Shown here: positions 23,460 to 37,380 of the stretch, in pieces
Numbering within the stretch: position 1 is the first letter of the stretch
Layout: each line of letters begins with the position of its first letter
Assembly (NCBI RefSeq): GCF_031769215.1
Contig: NW_026782462.1
Location: 1-64,000 of the forward strand
Length of the DNA: 64,000 nucleotides
Direction: 5' to 3'
Origin: Ylistrum balloti
Lineage: Eukaryota
Translations under genes and position numbers: made by a program
The notes under the pieces: generated by a model
Told to the model about the DNA's origin: nothing
The model's database searches: none
Seen by the model: only the letters and a program-made list of their open reading frames with translations

Positions 23460-26400
23460 CTTGTTGGCGCTCTGCATTAGAACATGAATATTTGAACATT
23501 TCTGTAAATCTTTACATACACATTCAAAGTCACATTGAGGAACTGCAGAATTGGAACTTTGTGACAACATCCTACAGAATACGATATCCGATTCGGTGCT
23601 GCATTTGTCATTTTTAGAAGGTACTGATGTTCCAACCTGAAAAACAATTGCTATACATAGAACATTACTTCGACAAACAAATATACAAATCTTAAAATGA
23701 TAATGTTTTTGTATTATGCTCCATTGCTCGGAAAATGTGGTTAATGCGCCATCAACTGTTCTCGAAACAAGGTCAGAACAGTTTGATACAGCTTTAAAGA
23801 CGAAAAATTCTAAGATCCCCTCCTGACCTTTATAATGCCTAAAACTTTAATAGTATTTTAACAATAAAGTCTGAAAAATACCTGAAATTCATTTCGTGAC
23901 ATGACTCTTATCTATAATGTGAACTCTTATTCACGAACACTACGACCTCTTTATCAACAGTTTCTTTTCCTAATCAATATTAAACAATCTACCTTTCTAA
24001 TATAATTCACACTTCACTGATTAATCACCTCAGTGCTAGTTTCAGTATCAGTAAAATATTCTGAGTCAATGCTGCCAACGTGAATGTCTGCACATATACA
24101 TGCTAAATTTACATAATTATAACTTACATGTAAGGTTTTTTGTCCCACTCGAGCACACTCTATGTTTTCACCAGTCACGTGAACTACAAATTTCCGTGAC
24201 GTCACATTGAACAGAATCAAATCTTTAATAATCATCCACAACATAGGTGGTGAATTCCCCGGCACTGGCAAATCAAAGCAAGTGTTCAAGTCCTGGTCCA
24301 GGGCATAAGGTAGCATTTTTAACAATCTGTTGTTGTCATCTTTCATTACGGTAATATGGTGTTTCACTGTAAAAAATACATAGGAAACATAAGTATGGAT
24401 TTCAACCTAAAACCTAACGAATTCTAGAATATATATAATTCTCAGCAACGTGTTATTGTCGTATTACTTTGATATATTTTTACTGAAATAGAATGGTATG
24501 CTTTTTATTTAATTCTTAACACTCTTCATCTGTCGGTGAAGAATTTATCTTTCCGAATTTTGCGTAACTCGCCGACACGTATTTTCAATTGCTACTATAC
24601 GCATTGCACAGATATCTTCATTTCTTCATGTCATGCTAAATTGTAGGGTATATAACTGATTGGAATATTGATTTTTATTTTTTTTTTCAAACTGTGAACA
24701 TTTTTCTTTGAAATTATGGCAAAGTTATCAACTAGTTCGTGTGAATGTGTTCTGGTATTTTCTTTGTATTTCTAACAGAAACATGCATGAATTATGGACG
24801 TCTATCTCATGTGAAATAAGAATGCAGTCAAAAGTGTAGGCATGAAAATTGAAATTATACATGGATACGTAGTCATTGAAGATCAAGGTCAAAGGTAACT
24901 ACAAAACTCTTCGATTCATCATGATCAAGGTAAACTATATCAATCGCAGTCATTGCAGAAACACATACATTCAAATTAAACTATCTGGAATAACGTTACA
25001 CCATCTTGATAATAACGGTAGAAATTACTTTAAAAAATTATCTATGGAGTCTTTTTGATTGGTGAACATCAAAGAAATTTAAAAGAATCACTTGAACTGT
25101 CATCCTCGAACATGAAATAAAATTGAAACTGAAGTATCAATGAAAAGTAGGTACAAATGGAATTATGTTGAATGATTATCATCCAAGGAAACCAAGAAGT
25201 ATTACATTGAACAATCATCATCAACGTAAATTAAAATCGTGGTAATAAAATATAAAATATGTATTGAATTACGTAGAATAATCATACCCAAATAGAATTG
25301 AGTGAAGTTACGTTGAGCAAATGATATTTATCACCAAGAAATGCGTTTTAAATGTGACGATTTCGTCAATTTTATTGAAAACATGTTATTGCAAGCTACC
25401 ATACATTTTTTTCTGGTTTCATCTTTGAGTTGATTGAATCTGAAATTACCATATAAAGATATACTTACGCGGGTCCCATACAGCTTTCAAATTGCAAATC
25501 ACAGTACAAGGAGTGGTCGAGAAATAGAAGTAAGCTATAATCTTTGGAGATTCTAACACATACACGTTACTGTCGTTCTTCCACTGTATGAAATAAACAC
25601 GTGTATTTACGAAGTCCATTTATTTCAACACAGCATTGCTTACAAATCATTTTCTTTATAATAAATATTTCGTTTCCACATCTTCTTTTATTAATAGATT
25701 ATGAAATATTCAGTCATTTTTCGTGGAATCAATATGTCCCAATATAGTCGACAATTTATCATGTATCCCTGGTCTAGCTCCACATTCGCAATGAATAATG
25801 ACTTATCGTGCTTCAGGATTACAATAATTCAGATTTCATATGATCAATATATACCTCCGTCGTTTATATTAGAATTATAAACATCACAATATGAACAATG
25901 ATTAAATGCTGAATCATCCCTTTCTTGACAACAACATACCTTCATTCCCCACCTTTAGTATTTGATATAGCAAATAATTGGCTCAGAATATATGGTTTTG
26001 AATGAAGCAGACTGATGAAGTTTACGGTTGAGTTTTACGGTCGTCAGAATGATCTCATTTGAAAAAAAAAATGTTTCTTGTGACTACATTTTTAAACCCA
26101 GATTTTGACGTTTGAAAATAGTTTAGCTCCTGGCACATACATATAAAGCCTAAATTTGTTAGACATTCAAACTATCAAGTGGAACATACACCAATAATGA
26201 GGGAGAACAAGGAACAAATATTGACGAAATCAGATTCTGATAATCAGAGGGAAATCACAAGAAACTTACGTTATTTAACATAAAGAAAACTATGTGCCAA
26301 TTGTAATATATATAAAGTATTTAAAAGGAATGGAGTATGTTTGTTAATCGGTTCTAATTTAATACTTTCAATATCGTTCCATCGGTCAGTATTCAACAGA

Positions 26401-29400
26401 CTCCTTACTGTAGTAAACCAAAAACTTACTAGTAATGCCTCTCGATGGTAGTAGCTACCAAACAGACTATAGTGGTACCATATGCTCTGAGGGTCAACAT
26501 CAGCAACCTTCACAATTGCTTTCAGAACTTTAAAATCGGGATGGTATTCCTGGCAAGAAAAGAAGCCAACCTCAAAACTATAAAGCATCCATACAAAAAC
26601 AGAACGGATATATATTGGAATCCATTGGTAAAAGACAATCTTGTACGAGATATCATTGTAATTAGTTATATCTAAACACACCTAATGGATATTATAACGT
26701 TCATCTATGATTGCACGAAATTTCATTTGCAAACCTTTATCAATTTAACTTTAAATAATCTCAAACTCCACATTTATTCAGAATAGTGCAAATGGCGACT
26801 TCGCCATCTTGTTAGAACATGATATCTTATTGTGGTGAATATTGTTGTATGGGTATATAAATATAAGGAGAATGATGTGTAAATATGTAGTACAGAACAG
26901 GTCTGTATGATATAGTTTGCAATCACACGGAGAGCGTGGAAAACACGTCTATTCTCAGGTGTTATCGGGTGCAAACTACACTCAATATTGTAACGCATCG
27001 TCGCACATAACCTTCGGGACGAGTTGACATGATCGAGCGTGTCGCGATGGCCAACTCGTCAAAGATAACGTCAACACAATGTGCATCCAAAGATCCTTTT
27101 CCACAACAATATTGCTCTCGATGTCAAGCTTAAATGCATTAGTTAAGCTCCTCCAAGTATCATAGTAATTATGACGTTATATATTTCTAACGTAAGCATC
27201 CTGTAACATAATTGCATGTATCATTTTATCCATTCCAGTAAACAATGATTGCCGAAAATGCCCCTGTGTATATGACCAAGGTTTACATGGCATGTGCTGA
27301 ATCGTTCGGAACTGCTGGTATGATTTTCTATGAACTGAGTAATCTCCGTGTAATTGAAATTATATACGAGTACGATAATATTGACATGTTTGTATTTTCT
27401 TGCTGTTTAAGTAACATATTTCCTGTTATGACACGGATCAAATTTTCATGACCAGGTTAATGTCACATGAAATAATGAAAACATCATCCATGCGAAAATA
27501 ATCTACGTATACGTGTTTTCGACCAAATTAGATATTTTCTTCTATAAGTTTCAGTTTAGTTCCAAATTTGTCTCTACTGTATATAATTGAAATGTACTAT
27601 TCATTACTCTGTCCTTTGTTATTTCATTTATATATATACTTTTTTTACAATTAGTTCGTCAATGCAACCAGTTAGATCGTGTAAGTATATAACTATATAT
27701 TTGATATATTTTCATAACAACATTGAAAAACAATATTGATATTGTGTATATTTCCATTGACTATTTACTTAATTTTATTTCTACTTACGATTGTTGGTTT
27801 TGGTATTGTCAGTTCTTCAGTCCAGATCGATACGTTGTTGCTGATAATCCTGGGTTTGAACGACGACGTTTGAATGTTGTTAATATCATTGTCGATATAA
27901 GTTAAACGTATGTCCATCTTAATTTTGTCACTATTATCATGAAGATTCACATTTGACAACGGTGAAATATCGACAAGGACTTTCTCAATCATCCCATCAC
28001 TGCGTCTGTTAAAAGAAAATAAGTAAGTTGAAAGATAGGCATGATTATGATCGAAAAAGAAAGATGTTGAGTTACTTTGAGAATAACAATTACTACCTCG
28101 AAAAAAACTATGACCCAATCCACCTTTCTACTCTTAGTCTGGAAAGTATTTTGGGCTGCACGTTTTTATAATGATATTAAATATCATTAATAATGTTTTG
28201 TCTAATTGTATCCTTTTTTCAAACATATATCAATATCTAATATTGTTAAAGGAAAAAATCCTCTGCTGTAATCGGTCCTATCTCCAACAGGTTTCGACAA
28301 AATGAAATGTTAACATGAAACTGGTTATTTCCTAGTGATCAGTTCAGATCGATAACCTTCATCGTCTTTAATGCCGTGGAATATATAAAAGCAGTTAACG
28401 ACTTTTTTATGATAATGCAATGTTTTGTTGACCACAGAAAGACTATTTTCACCTTGGGAATATCATCCTTTTCTAGTTCACTAACCTCTAGATTAGCCTG
28501 AAAAAGTCAATAACTCTATACCATTCTACGTCAAACATGTTTAGAAAAAAATGAGTCATGTGATTAAAAAATGGTACAGAAAACCCAACTTGTCCGTAGG
28601 ATGGTAATACAAACAGTACAGATATTTCCACCAAGCTGTGTGATAAGGATGATGATTTCAATATCCCATTGTGAATTTTGCATTTTGGATAGCAACAATC
28701 CTGAATCCCCAACCTATGGTGTTAACATGTCGCAGTTAATTCGATATTCAAGGCCATGTTCCATTATAACCATTTCCTTGCAATACGTCATATACTGATA
28801 GACAACTCTTATATCACCAACATCAAACTTATCTTCACTTGGGGGTGAAATAGGTCTAGTAATGTTTCATTATTATGTGATTAGAATACTTCTATACTAA
28901 ACAATCAGTATCATTATTTTTTTTCTATAAATAGATAAAGATAAAACTTTACAGTCAATGAAGAATTTTCCCAAACGATCATTGCTTTATATACTCATTG
29001 CCAGTGATCCTGTTTTTTTCAGTCTCTCCGAATAATAACCATTAATATCCTAAACATCATATTTCTTATATCAGATTGGACTGTTTGTGTTATTTTAAAA
29101 ATAAACGCCATATATCTAATGCAAAATCTGTGAAGTGTTAGCAGGACAGACGAAAGACTTTCTGGTAAACCAGACCAAAGGAGCATTGATGATTAATACT
29201 GTTTTCTTTCTGTTTTAACTACGCGTTTATTTTTATTAAATCAAAACATCGCGCTGAATACTTTCAAACATTAAGAAAGTCATTTTTACACTGATATTAA
29301 GTAATGAATGTAGTTCACTATAATCCAATTTCAGTCATTTCAAACTATTAAAAGTGAGACTAGCTCTCTAGTGGTCATACAAAAGAAGAAGAAAAAAAAA

Positions 29401-32400
29401 TTAAAAACCAAAAAACACACACAAAAATTAAAAAAACAACATCAACTCAAAACAAAAATTGAAAAAATTGAAAAACATTTTCTCTTTCTCTTCAGTGGCC
29501 CATGATTTTCTACAATCAATCTGTTTTTCTACGTTACTTATCCTTTCAATACACCGATAGAATTAAGAAAAAGCATATTTATTTGATTAAAATAAGATTG
29601 AAAAACTATGAAAGCTTTCAAACACCTTCTTTCTAACAAATTTTTTTTTTTATTAATATGAAGGATTCATTTCATTACAATTGTCACATTTTCTTACAGA
29701 GAAAATATCTTAAGATTTTATGCTTGTTCTTACCTCGTAATATTTTCATGAAATCTACCGAAAATATTGTAATCTTTTCTTAATTCAAAGCTACACATGG
29801 CAAATGAAGATCCTGTTGGCAATTCGACAGATAGACGACCGTAAGATCGATCCCTCTTAGTAATTAGAGTGAATGCAACATCAGTGGTGAAGGTGATGGA
29901 GCGACATTTCTCGTGCAGCAAAATGTTCATATCAAGGTTTAAAGATGGTGGTGTCTAAAACATTCAGCAAAGGAGTCAACAATGATTTAATGATTGGTAC
30001 CTATGTTTATAATTCTGGAAACAAGTTTTAGGTTTTGCTGGACCAATTTAACTCGTCAGAATTATCGGTTTAAACATTACTACCCGACAAAGATGAACGT
30101 CAAAATTGTTCTTCGGGAATGAAAGCTCTTTAAACAGTTATAAATACTTTAATTATCGATCATCACCATTCTTTTAGTACAGACAATTGATGCCAAAAGT
30201 GTCTAATCGACAATTAACTAAGACATTGAACATTTGTTTGATTTTTCGATTCTTGCAAATATTTTCAGTTATACAGCATCTCCCCCACTACAAAATTGTC
30301 CGATGCTCCATTGTAGGATAAACAGACCATCATAAGAAATTACATACCATAAATATTTCCTGGTCGGTTACATTAAAGTAAATCTTGAATATCTGTGGTG
30401 ACACTTTTCCCGGGTTTATAAATTCTATTGTAAGTTCATGTGATGAATTAGCTTCTACAATATGCGGTTGTGCTATAACCCATAATTCAAAACCAAACTT
30501 TCCGTCAACGGATGTTATTTTGTTATTGATAGGTATGTTAGCAAGTAACGCACTCGTTGTATCGGGTATTTTCGATTCTCTCAGCTTTGAGACACATGGA
30601 ATGTTTCCACCAATGTCGTCAATAGTTCTGACTGCTGCCATGACCATTCCGTCCCCGCCTGGTCCATCGTACCGCCTTGTAGAACAATATAGTACAAATA
30701 ATCCAGCAGTAAGTGGTGGTACTGTCCAGGTCAATGTCACCCTACCTTTACCACCTTTTGGCAATAACTGCGATATTTGGCTCGTCGTAGCGTTTATCCC
30801 TTCAACCTGCAAATGAGACATTTTACCATGCATTTTCGGATTACTGGAAAGCAGAAATTCATGTTCAGCAATAAAAATGATGAGAGAGAGATCCATATGA
30901 ATTATCAACTTTTTGTTTCGGTGATTTTTTATCACCGATCACCGTTTATCAGTCTTGCTAACTGATAATCTTACAAGATCAATACTAAACTGGTGAAAAG
31001 TAAAAAAAAAAAAAATGACAATCTGACAATGAATTTCTACATCCTCATTTATAAACTTACAGCTATTCTTTCGGTTGCGTTGAAATGTTTTGTTGTTTTT
31101 GCGACCGACAAGAAATCCACTTCTAAAGATATGTTCAGGGGGTAAGTCTCTCCAAGAGTCACGCCATTGGTCAGTAGTAAGATAACTTTGAAATCGATGT
31201 TATCGGCAGTAGATGATGAAGTGTTTGCGTCAACAAATCCTGTATTGAAGACAAGTTTCCCGGCATAATTAATGAAATGCATATTAACGCGAAAAAGTCC
31301 AGTAAAATTAGTATATATAGCCAAAGAACAACTATCCTGTTCGTGATGGAAATCGACATTATTTAATGTCAGGTGAGAACTAATTGATGTTTAAGAAATA
31401 TCTTGAATTTCGTTTGAAATAGTCTTATCTTAAAGTTGATGAATTACAACGTATAGCTATCATAAAAGATACATAATCATGAAATACACATTAAATAACG
31501 TTATTGAACTTCTGTCAGATTTTTGCACCCGTTTTGCTATATTAGTATACTGTACAGTTCTCTGATTACCTTTGTTCGGCACGTAACCGAAGTCTATAAC
31601 TCGAGTATCTGGACCTTTACCACAGAAACCATCAGAAGGTAAAATATCCGCACTAGTAGGTATGATGTCTTTGTAGTGCTCTCCAACAGACTGTATAGAT
31701 ATCGAAGCAATCCTAAGAAACTTGGTTGGGCTTCTTAGCACTAGTTTGTATGTTGATAAAGGATTCCTAAACGACGTCTTTAGATAGAATACTTTCAAAC
31801 TACTTTCTGAAAAACCTCCTATGTTCGGAATGTCTGTCGACAAGTTGGACTTAATTGTTGATTTCTGCAATTAACGGAAACATTGTAATATATGTGATTT
31901 GTTTTGATATGGTAACAGTTTGAAGGGAAAAGAAACAAAGAAAAATAATAATTATTGATATTTAAAAATCCGAAAAAGAGGAAAAGGACAGAATCGAATA
32001 GTGTATGACTTTTAATGTGGTAAAAGAAACAAAGTAAGAATAATGAAATTCAGTTACAAAGAAATTAATTTTTTTTTCAAATGTCCTTTTTGTTTCATGA
32101 TGTTAGGTACGGAGATCTTATCAAATTAGTAACTATGTCTCAATGTGCCGCATTGATATACAACAATCCGGTTTTTGCTACCAAAAAAAGGCAAAAGCGC
32201 TTCTCAATTATCAGTAAACATTAGAAAATAAGAAACCAGATGATATAGATAGAATAACAAAAGGGTCACAGAAGATATAAATGCATCTGAACTTACATGA
32301 ACAGGTCTCAACACAAGGACAGAAGACACTGCTATTGATGCCTTTTCTAAACTGAGAGTTGCGTTTACAGTTCGCGTAGAATTTTCAGAGATGCCATCAA

Positions 32401-34346
32401 TGTTAGCCATGAGGTATTCTACAGCTACTTTCATAAGGCAGAAGGTACATTTGTCTCCAGCATCTTCGTCAGAAGTAGTTGTGACATGTGTAGACATGGA
32501 AAGATCTGTAGTATTATCGAAGTATGTCGTGTTGTTCGAATCGGCAAGAAGTGAAGATATAGTGGATACATTACTTGTGACAGTAGGTACAGAGTTGAAG
32601 GTTGAATTAACGGTGATGGTCAAATTGGAAGTAACGGAGTTAGGGACTTCAAAAGTGATTGGTAACTCAGTAGTAATATCTAGCAATTTCCGAGTACCTT
32701 TGCAGTCAATGTTTCCGAAATGATATGTAGCCTCGATAGGAAAACGTGCAAGCTGGAACGAAAATAATAGTATGCCTTATTTACGCCCTATGGATAATGC
32801 TAGAGTGAACAAAGGACGTATTCATGTTAAGGGCATGCTAAGGTATACTGGTGTAGGAACTATCATGAAATCAAAATCAGACATTGTAGGAAATGTAGAT
32901 TTTATTCAAAATGCTAGATAAAAAGCGTCAACCTAAAGAATCTGCGAGACATTTTCCGCGTTGAAAACCAAATTTTGCATATACTCTTATTGTTATGTCG
33001 TCTGTAATTAAACAGAATTGATACTCTTTGTCAACCCAAGAAGGTATTACACTCTATACCTGCTCTTTTGGTATACACATTTGGTATAGCAACCATTCCA
33101 TAATCACTTACCCCCCTTCTTGGTCTCTTGATCACAGTCGGTTTAAATATTCCTTTTGCCAGATTTAAAGAATCGTCATGAGAATCCAGGTAAACATCTG
33201 ATATCATCACCGACGTGTCGGGGGGTGTCACGAGATGGATGAACGCGTTTTCTGTAAGTCCATGTGGAATATACAAATCATGAACAAGCGTTTTTATTCT
33301 TCCCGGATAAATATATCTGTCTGTGTCTTCAATGCATATTTTGTATTGTGAACAATTCCTAACAGCAGTGGTTTCACATGTTTTCGAGATAGTATCTGGA
33401 AATCCTGTGGAAAAACAAGAACGACACTCTTTGCTTTGGCAGAACTCATGTAATGATATTTCACTTTCATGTTTTAACTTCTTTTGTAGACATGTACCTA
33501 AATGGTGTTCTGAAATTATCTGATATATGAAAATAAAGAAATTTATAGTATTAGGGAACTAGTGCACCTTACGTCTAGAATTTGACTTTTTTTTCTCGAT
33601 ATTGAATATTCTTCAATCGCCTTCTAAGCCTGCAAAATTTAGGCCCTTTACGTCACTGACGAATCTTAGAAGACAAAACATCCATATGTTGCAGTTTAGT
33701 TCATTATTTGACTCTACTGTACCTAATTCTATATTGGTATTAAAAACGTGCTATTACTAATATATCTTGAACAATCTTCTGCTTTACTTCATCATCACAC
33801 CATACATCCAGTCTCTCTTCAAATACGATTAACAATATTCAAATAAAGAACGGCACCTCTGAATCCAAATGTAAGTTGTAATTCTGATTAAGGACCCCTG
33901 GATAATTCTGATAAGCTTCGTCGGTTTATCGGTGATTATAATCAATGAGAATAAGACTATCTGTATTTCACGCTTATGAATCATATGCTGTGACTTATTT
34001 GATTCTGATCGCAGAACTGAAAATTCTCTATCTTTTTCTTTAACGTTGGAGACTCTCAAATAGCTGGGAATTACGTTTCTTTTAAATTTTTTGGTAATTT
34101 TTAATGAACAGTTTAATTAGTGAGATAAATCTGAATGAACCATTATACTTTAATCTGAAAACATATTTGTGACCTAGTTCACAAATGTTTATTAAACCTT
34201 GTCATTATTCAGTCCAACGCTAGAATAAAACGAACATGTGATGGTGATGTTTGCTTGAAGGAGAAATGCATTATTCTTATTTGGAGTCACTTACCTTGAA
34301 CGTTGCAAGCCAATATAATAAATATTCCAATGAAATGCAGAAACAT
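23415..34346 (-). CDS. Paralog copy 2, complete 12-exon gene, 999-aa predicted secreted protein (signal peptide, beta-sandwich-like repeats, Cys-rich C-terminal module)
   Basis: Exons (minus): 34346-34295, 33404-33112, 32752-32297, 31864-31570, 31239-31061, 30806-30348, 29954-29734, 28005-27789, 26681-26430, 25583-25469, 24366-24128, 23636-23415. They sum to 3000 nt, one open frame, canonical splice sites. N-terminus MFLHFIGIFIILACNVQG looks like a signal peptide; C-terminus is WKLCELTITDVL*. Confidence 0.82.
28570..28790 (+). mobile_element. Penelope-like element remnant in intron 7 of copy 2 (mirror of 1715-1905)
   Basis: Same degenerate SQLIRYSRPCS-containing translation as in the left arm. 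Confidence 0.7.
33650..33692 (+). pseudogene. Decayed paralog of the hammerhead ribozyme in intron 1 of copy 2
   Basis: acgtca-CTGACGA-ATC(ttagaa)GAC-AAA-AC(atcc)AT-A-tgttgc at the orthologous position. G10.1, G12 and G16.2 are replaced by A. Confidence 0.6.
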
Positions 34347-35696
34347 GATAAAGTTACTTAAATATCCAGTTAAATACTTGTTCCGTCTTTTCATATCATA
34401 TCACTTCTCTGTTGTTGTTACAATCATATATGTATAATAGTGTTCCTTACCGCAACTGAATTTTAAAGGTACTCGCTAACACGTCAAATGCGTATTCAAC
34501 CAATCATATCTCTTGTTTCTAATTACTTAGTTGGCATGTCCGCTCAGCTATTTAATTTAAAAAATTGACTGTGAGGGCTGCATATCACGACACAAGGAAT
34601 CAGTTAAAAAGAGAGAAATAAAATGCAAATGGGTATCAAAAGAAAAACCATATGATTTAAATATTTATCAAGAAATTCTAAAAACAAATGTTAAAAAAAT
34701 GTCATGTATATCAGTCTTAATTAAATATTTTATGAGTACCCATATACGAAACTCAAAAACATGGAATACCTAGCTAATAGTAGACTGAATTTTTCATATC
34801 CATGTTGGTGATATCCTCTCTGAAGCACTCAACATGGACAACATGAGTATTGAAGAAATGTAAAATTGATGTCGAGTTATGCAATCTTGAAAATGTTTGG
34901 ACGGTGATGATGAAGGGTTTCGCCAGGATTTTTGCTTTGTTCAATTCTGTTGATCATGAAAGGCGTCCCGATATCATGTTCCGGAACCTTTTTTTGACAG
35001 TCAGTTCGGTAGAGTACGAAATTAAATGAGGTGACCGGACACGTTGTACATGTGACTCAAAAGTGTTACTTCGAATGACTATGTAATGATTTGTAACATA
35101 TGAGTTTAAATTAAGATGATATGTTGTTATTTTTCTTGTTGCTTTGTTACTTTGATATAATGTATGTATGATTAGTTTATACTTATATTGATTTTGATAG
35201 AGTTTATATTAGGTTCTTCAAATGCAAACAAAAGCCAATATGTTTAACATTTTCAGCAATATCCATGGTGCAATGTACATACAATAGACAGTGCTGATTT
35301 TTCTGGTATATTTGTACAGTACATTGGTAAGTTTTGCACTGTGACCAACAACCCATATCTTGTATTATCCATGATATTACACTTCAAAGTTGGTCCAACA
35401 AGCAATTCTGACATATTTCATTAACCAATAAAGTGAGCAAAACCATTTTCCCGAAGTCTGATTTTGGTAGACTTTTTTTACCTGTAATGAACATTTCGTC
35501 AGAAGAAGTTAAAATGTAACTTAATGTTAACATACACAGCCATCACCCACAAATAGTACAAAGGGACACAATGTAAGGTTAGCACATTTTTTTAATTTTC
35601 AAATCTGAAGTCGGAATATGTGTCAGTTCCCTGTGTGCATTTAATTATTACATCTTTGGTAAGTGTGTCATCAAAACTGTTACTGTATAATCTATC

Positions 35697-37380
35697 TCGA
35701 CCATCCTTGGTTTGACAACAGACAACATACACATGTACTCCACTGTCACCTTCGTGAAAATAAGAAACGTTATAGTGATGGTGAGAACTTTACACTTTGT
35801 GTGATCAAGAGCTGTAGATCACGAAGGTTGCATAGGAGAAAAGGACATGTCATTCAAAATTGAAATTGCCACAGTTGCATGGCGCTCCATGCAGTCTTTA
35901 ACAGACAATTGATTAATCGTTACTTCTAACTTATTCATTTAATGTGACTGTCTTTTCACTTGGAGACAAAATCGTGACAGTTTTAGTTTTCGCAGACGCA
36001 TAAAACAAAGGGTAGTAACGAAAATATTGCTAAGACAAGCAAAGACAACAGTCGCACGGAAGCAAACAAACAAAACCAAAGAAAAAAAGAAAAGAAAAGG
36101 TCGATATCAGATCAATTGTAATGGACAGAGTAGTTTTATTTTAATTGTTTTAGTCCATTTCAAATACGTGTTAAGCTCAAAACTTTATTTTGACGCCCAC
36201 TTCGCTATGATTAGTTAATGTTGATGACTATTGGACTATAAAAATTATACTTTTGTTCAGAATGTCATTTTTATATGAAATTGACCCTACATAATTGCAT
36301 TATCATTACAGATAATGTCAACCGACCTTACTATGTATATCCCACGAAACAGATGAATACCTTTCCAAACAACGTTTGACCGCTGTTCAATCTTCAATAT
36401 ATATTATGGCATACCTTGCACATCAAAATTAAGTGACATTCAAAGGTATTGGGTACAATCGAGGTCACACCGCCAGTTTCCACGTGACATTATATGTCAT
36501 CTAATTAAATACACTTTATTGTAGAATGACGTCACTATGTAGTGTTTAGAAGCTATAGGTTCTACTTAATTTATTAATAGTTTGATGTTGTTTAATTGAT
36601 TTGCAAATTGGGTAAATGTCTTTGCCAAATAGTCAAATGAATGATAGTTAACTAAAACAGGTTGCATTGATATGGCCGTTTATCAGTTTTAAAGGCAATT
36701 TTAACTAGTATGAATGAAATAACTATACAGCCAAGCGTCACTTTGTGTGCATAGAGTACAAAACAGTTTGGATTGCTCATTAGGCTATGACATATATGAC
36801 TTCTATAAATGTCACATCAGTACAGTTCGATAGTTAAAATAAGTTATTTATCTTATCTTTATTCAGCAACAACAACTATTATTTAGGTGATTGTATTTAT
36901 TGAGTGTTTGTGTTCTTGGACGGCTGCAACCTGTTCTGTAAATGTGTAGAAATGATGCCAACGTTATAGTTAATTCGAAGCACGGTATTTTTGTTTTTAC
37001 TAAATGTCATATTCAAAAACATTTTTTTGATGATGCCACATTACCATTTTAACAAACAATATTAACATTTCCATTAGACATAGTTGTTCTACAGTTGTAA
37101 GGAATTGTGTACTCTGGGTAAATGTATTCATGAAAACAATGAAGAATAAAGTGTGTTATGTGGACCATTAAAATCTCATTCTTATTTTGATAATTCATGC
37201 TGTAAATTGTTTGTATCATGATTTTGTTGACTGATGAACTGTAAAGCCAAAAGTAAAAAAAAAACTAAATTGATATCAATGTAATATAAGATATCAATAT
37301 TGAAATACGGAAAACATTGAGTATAAAGTAAATGGTTATCTAGAACGTACTGTCATACCCAGTCTCCCTAATTATAGCTA
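35697..37380. repeat. Direct segmental duplicate of ~43965-45630 (intergenic flank)
   Basis: Colinear blocks such as ctgtagatcacgaaggttg, cacttggaga..gacgcataaaacaaag, ttcgctatgattagtta, tgactgatgaactgtaaagccaaaa, atctagaacgta. Confidence 0.9.

Larger units (their letters stand above)
21754..30474. repeat. Right arm of the inverted segmental duplication (partner 1-8161)
   Basis: Mirror-image ORFs in the track (556..756 vs 29730..29930, 3808..4218 vs 26271..26681, 6141..6494 vs 24014..24367). It carries ~350 bp (22230-22580) absent from the left arm. Confidence 0.95.

Noticed and set aside
30385-30816. Opposite-strand ORFs overlapping exons and transposons (e.g. 30385..30816, 32391..32723, 10005..10427, 39880..40347)
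   Set aside because: They are antisense shadows of the real coding frames.
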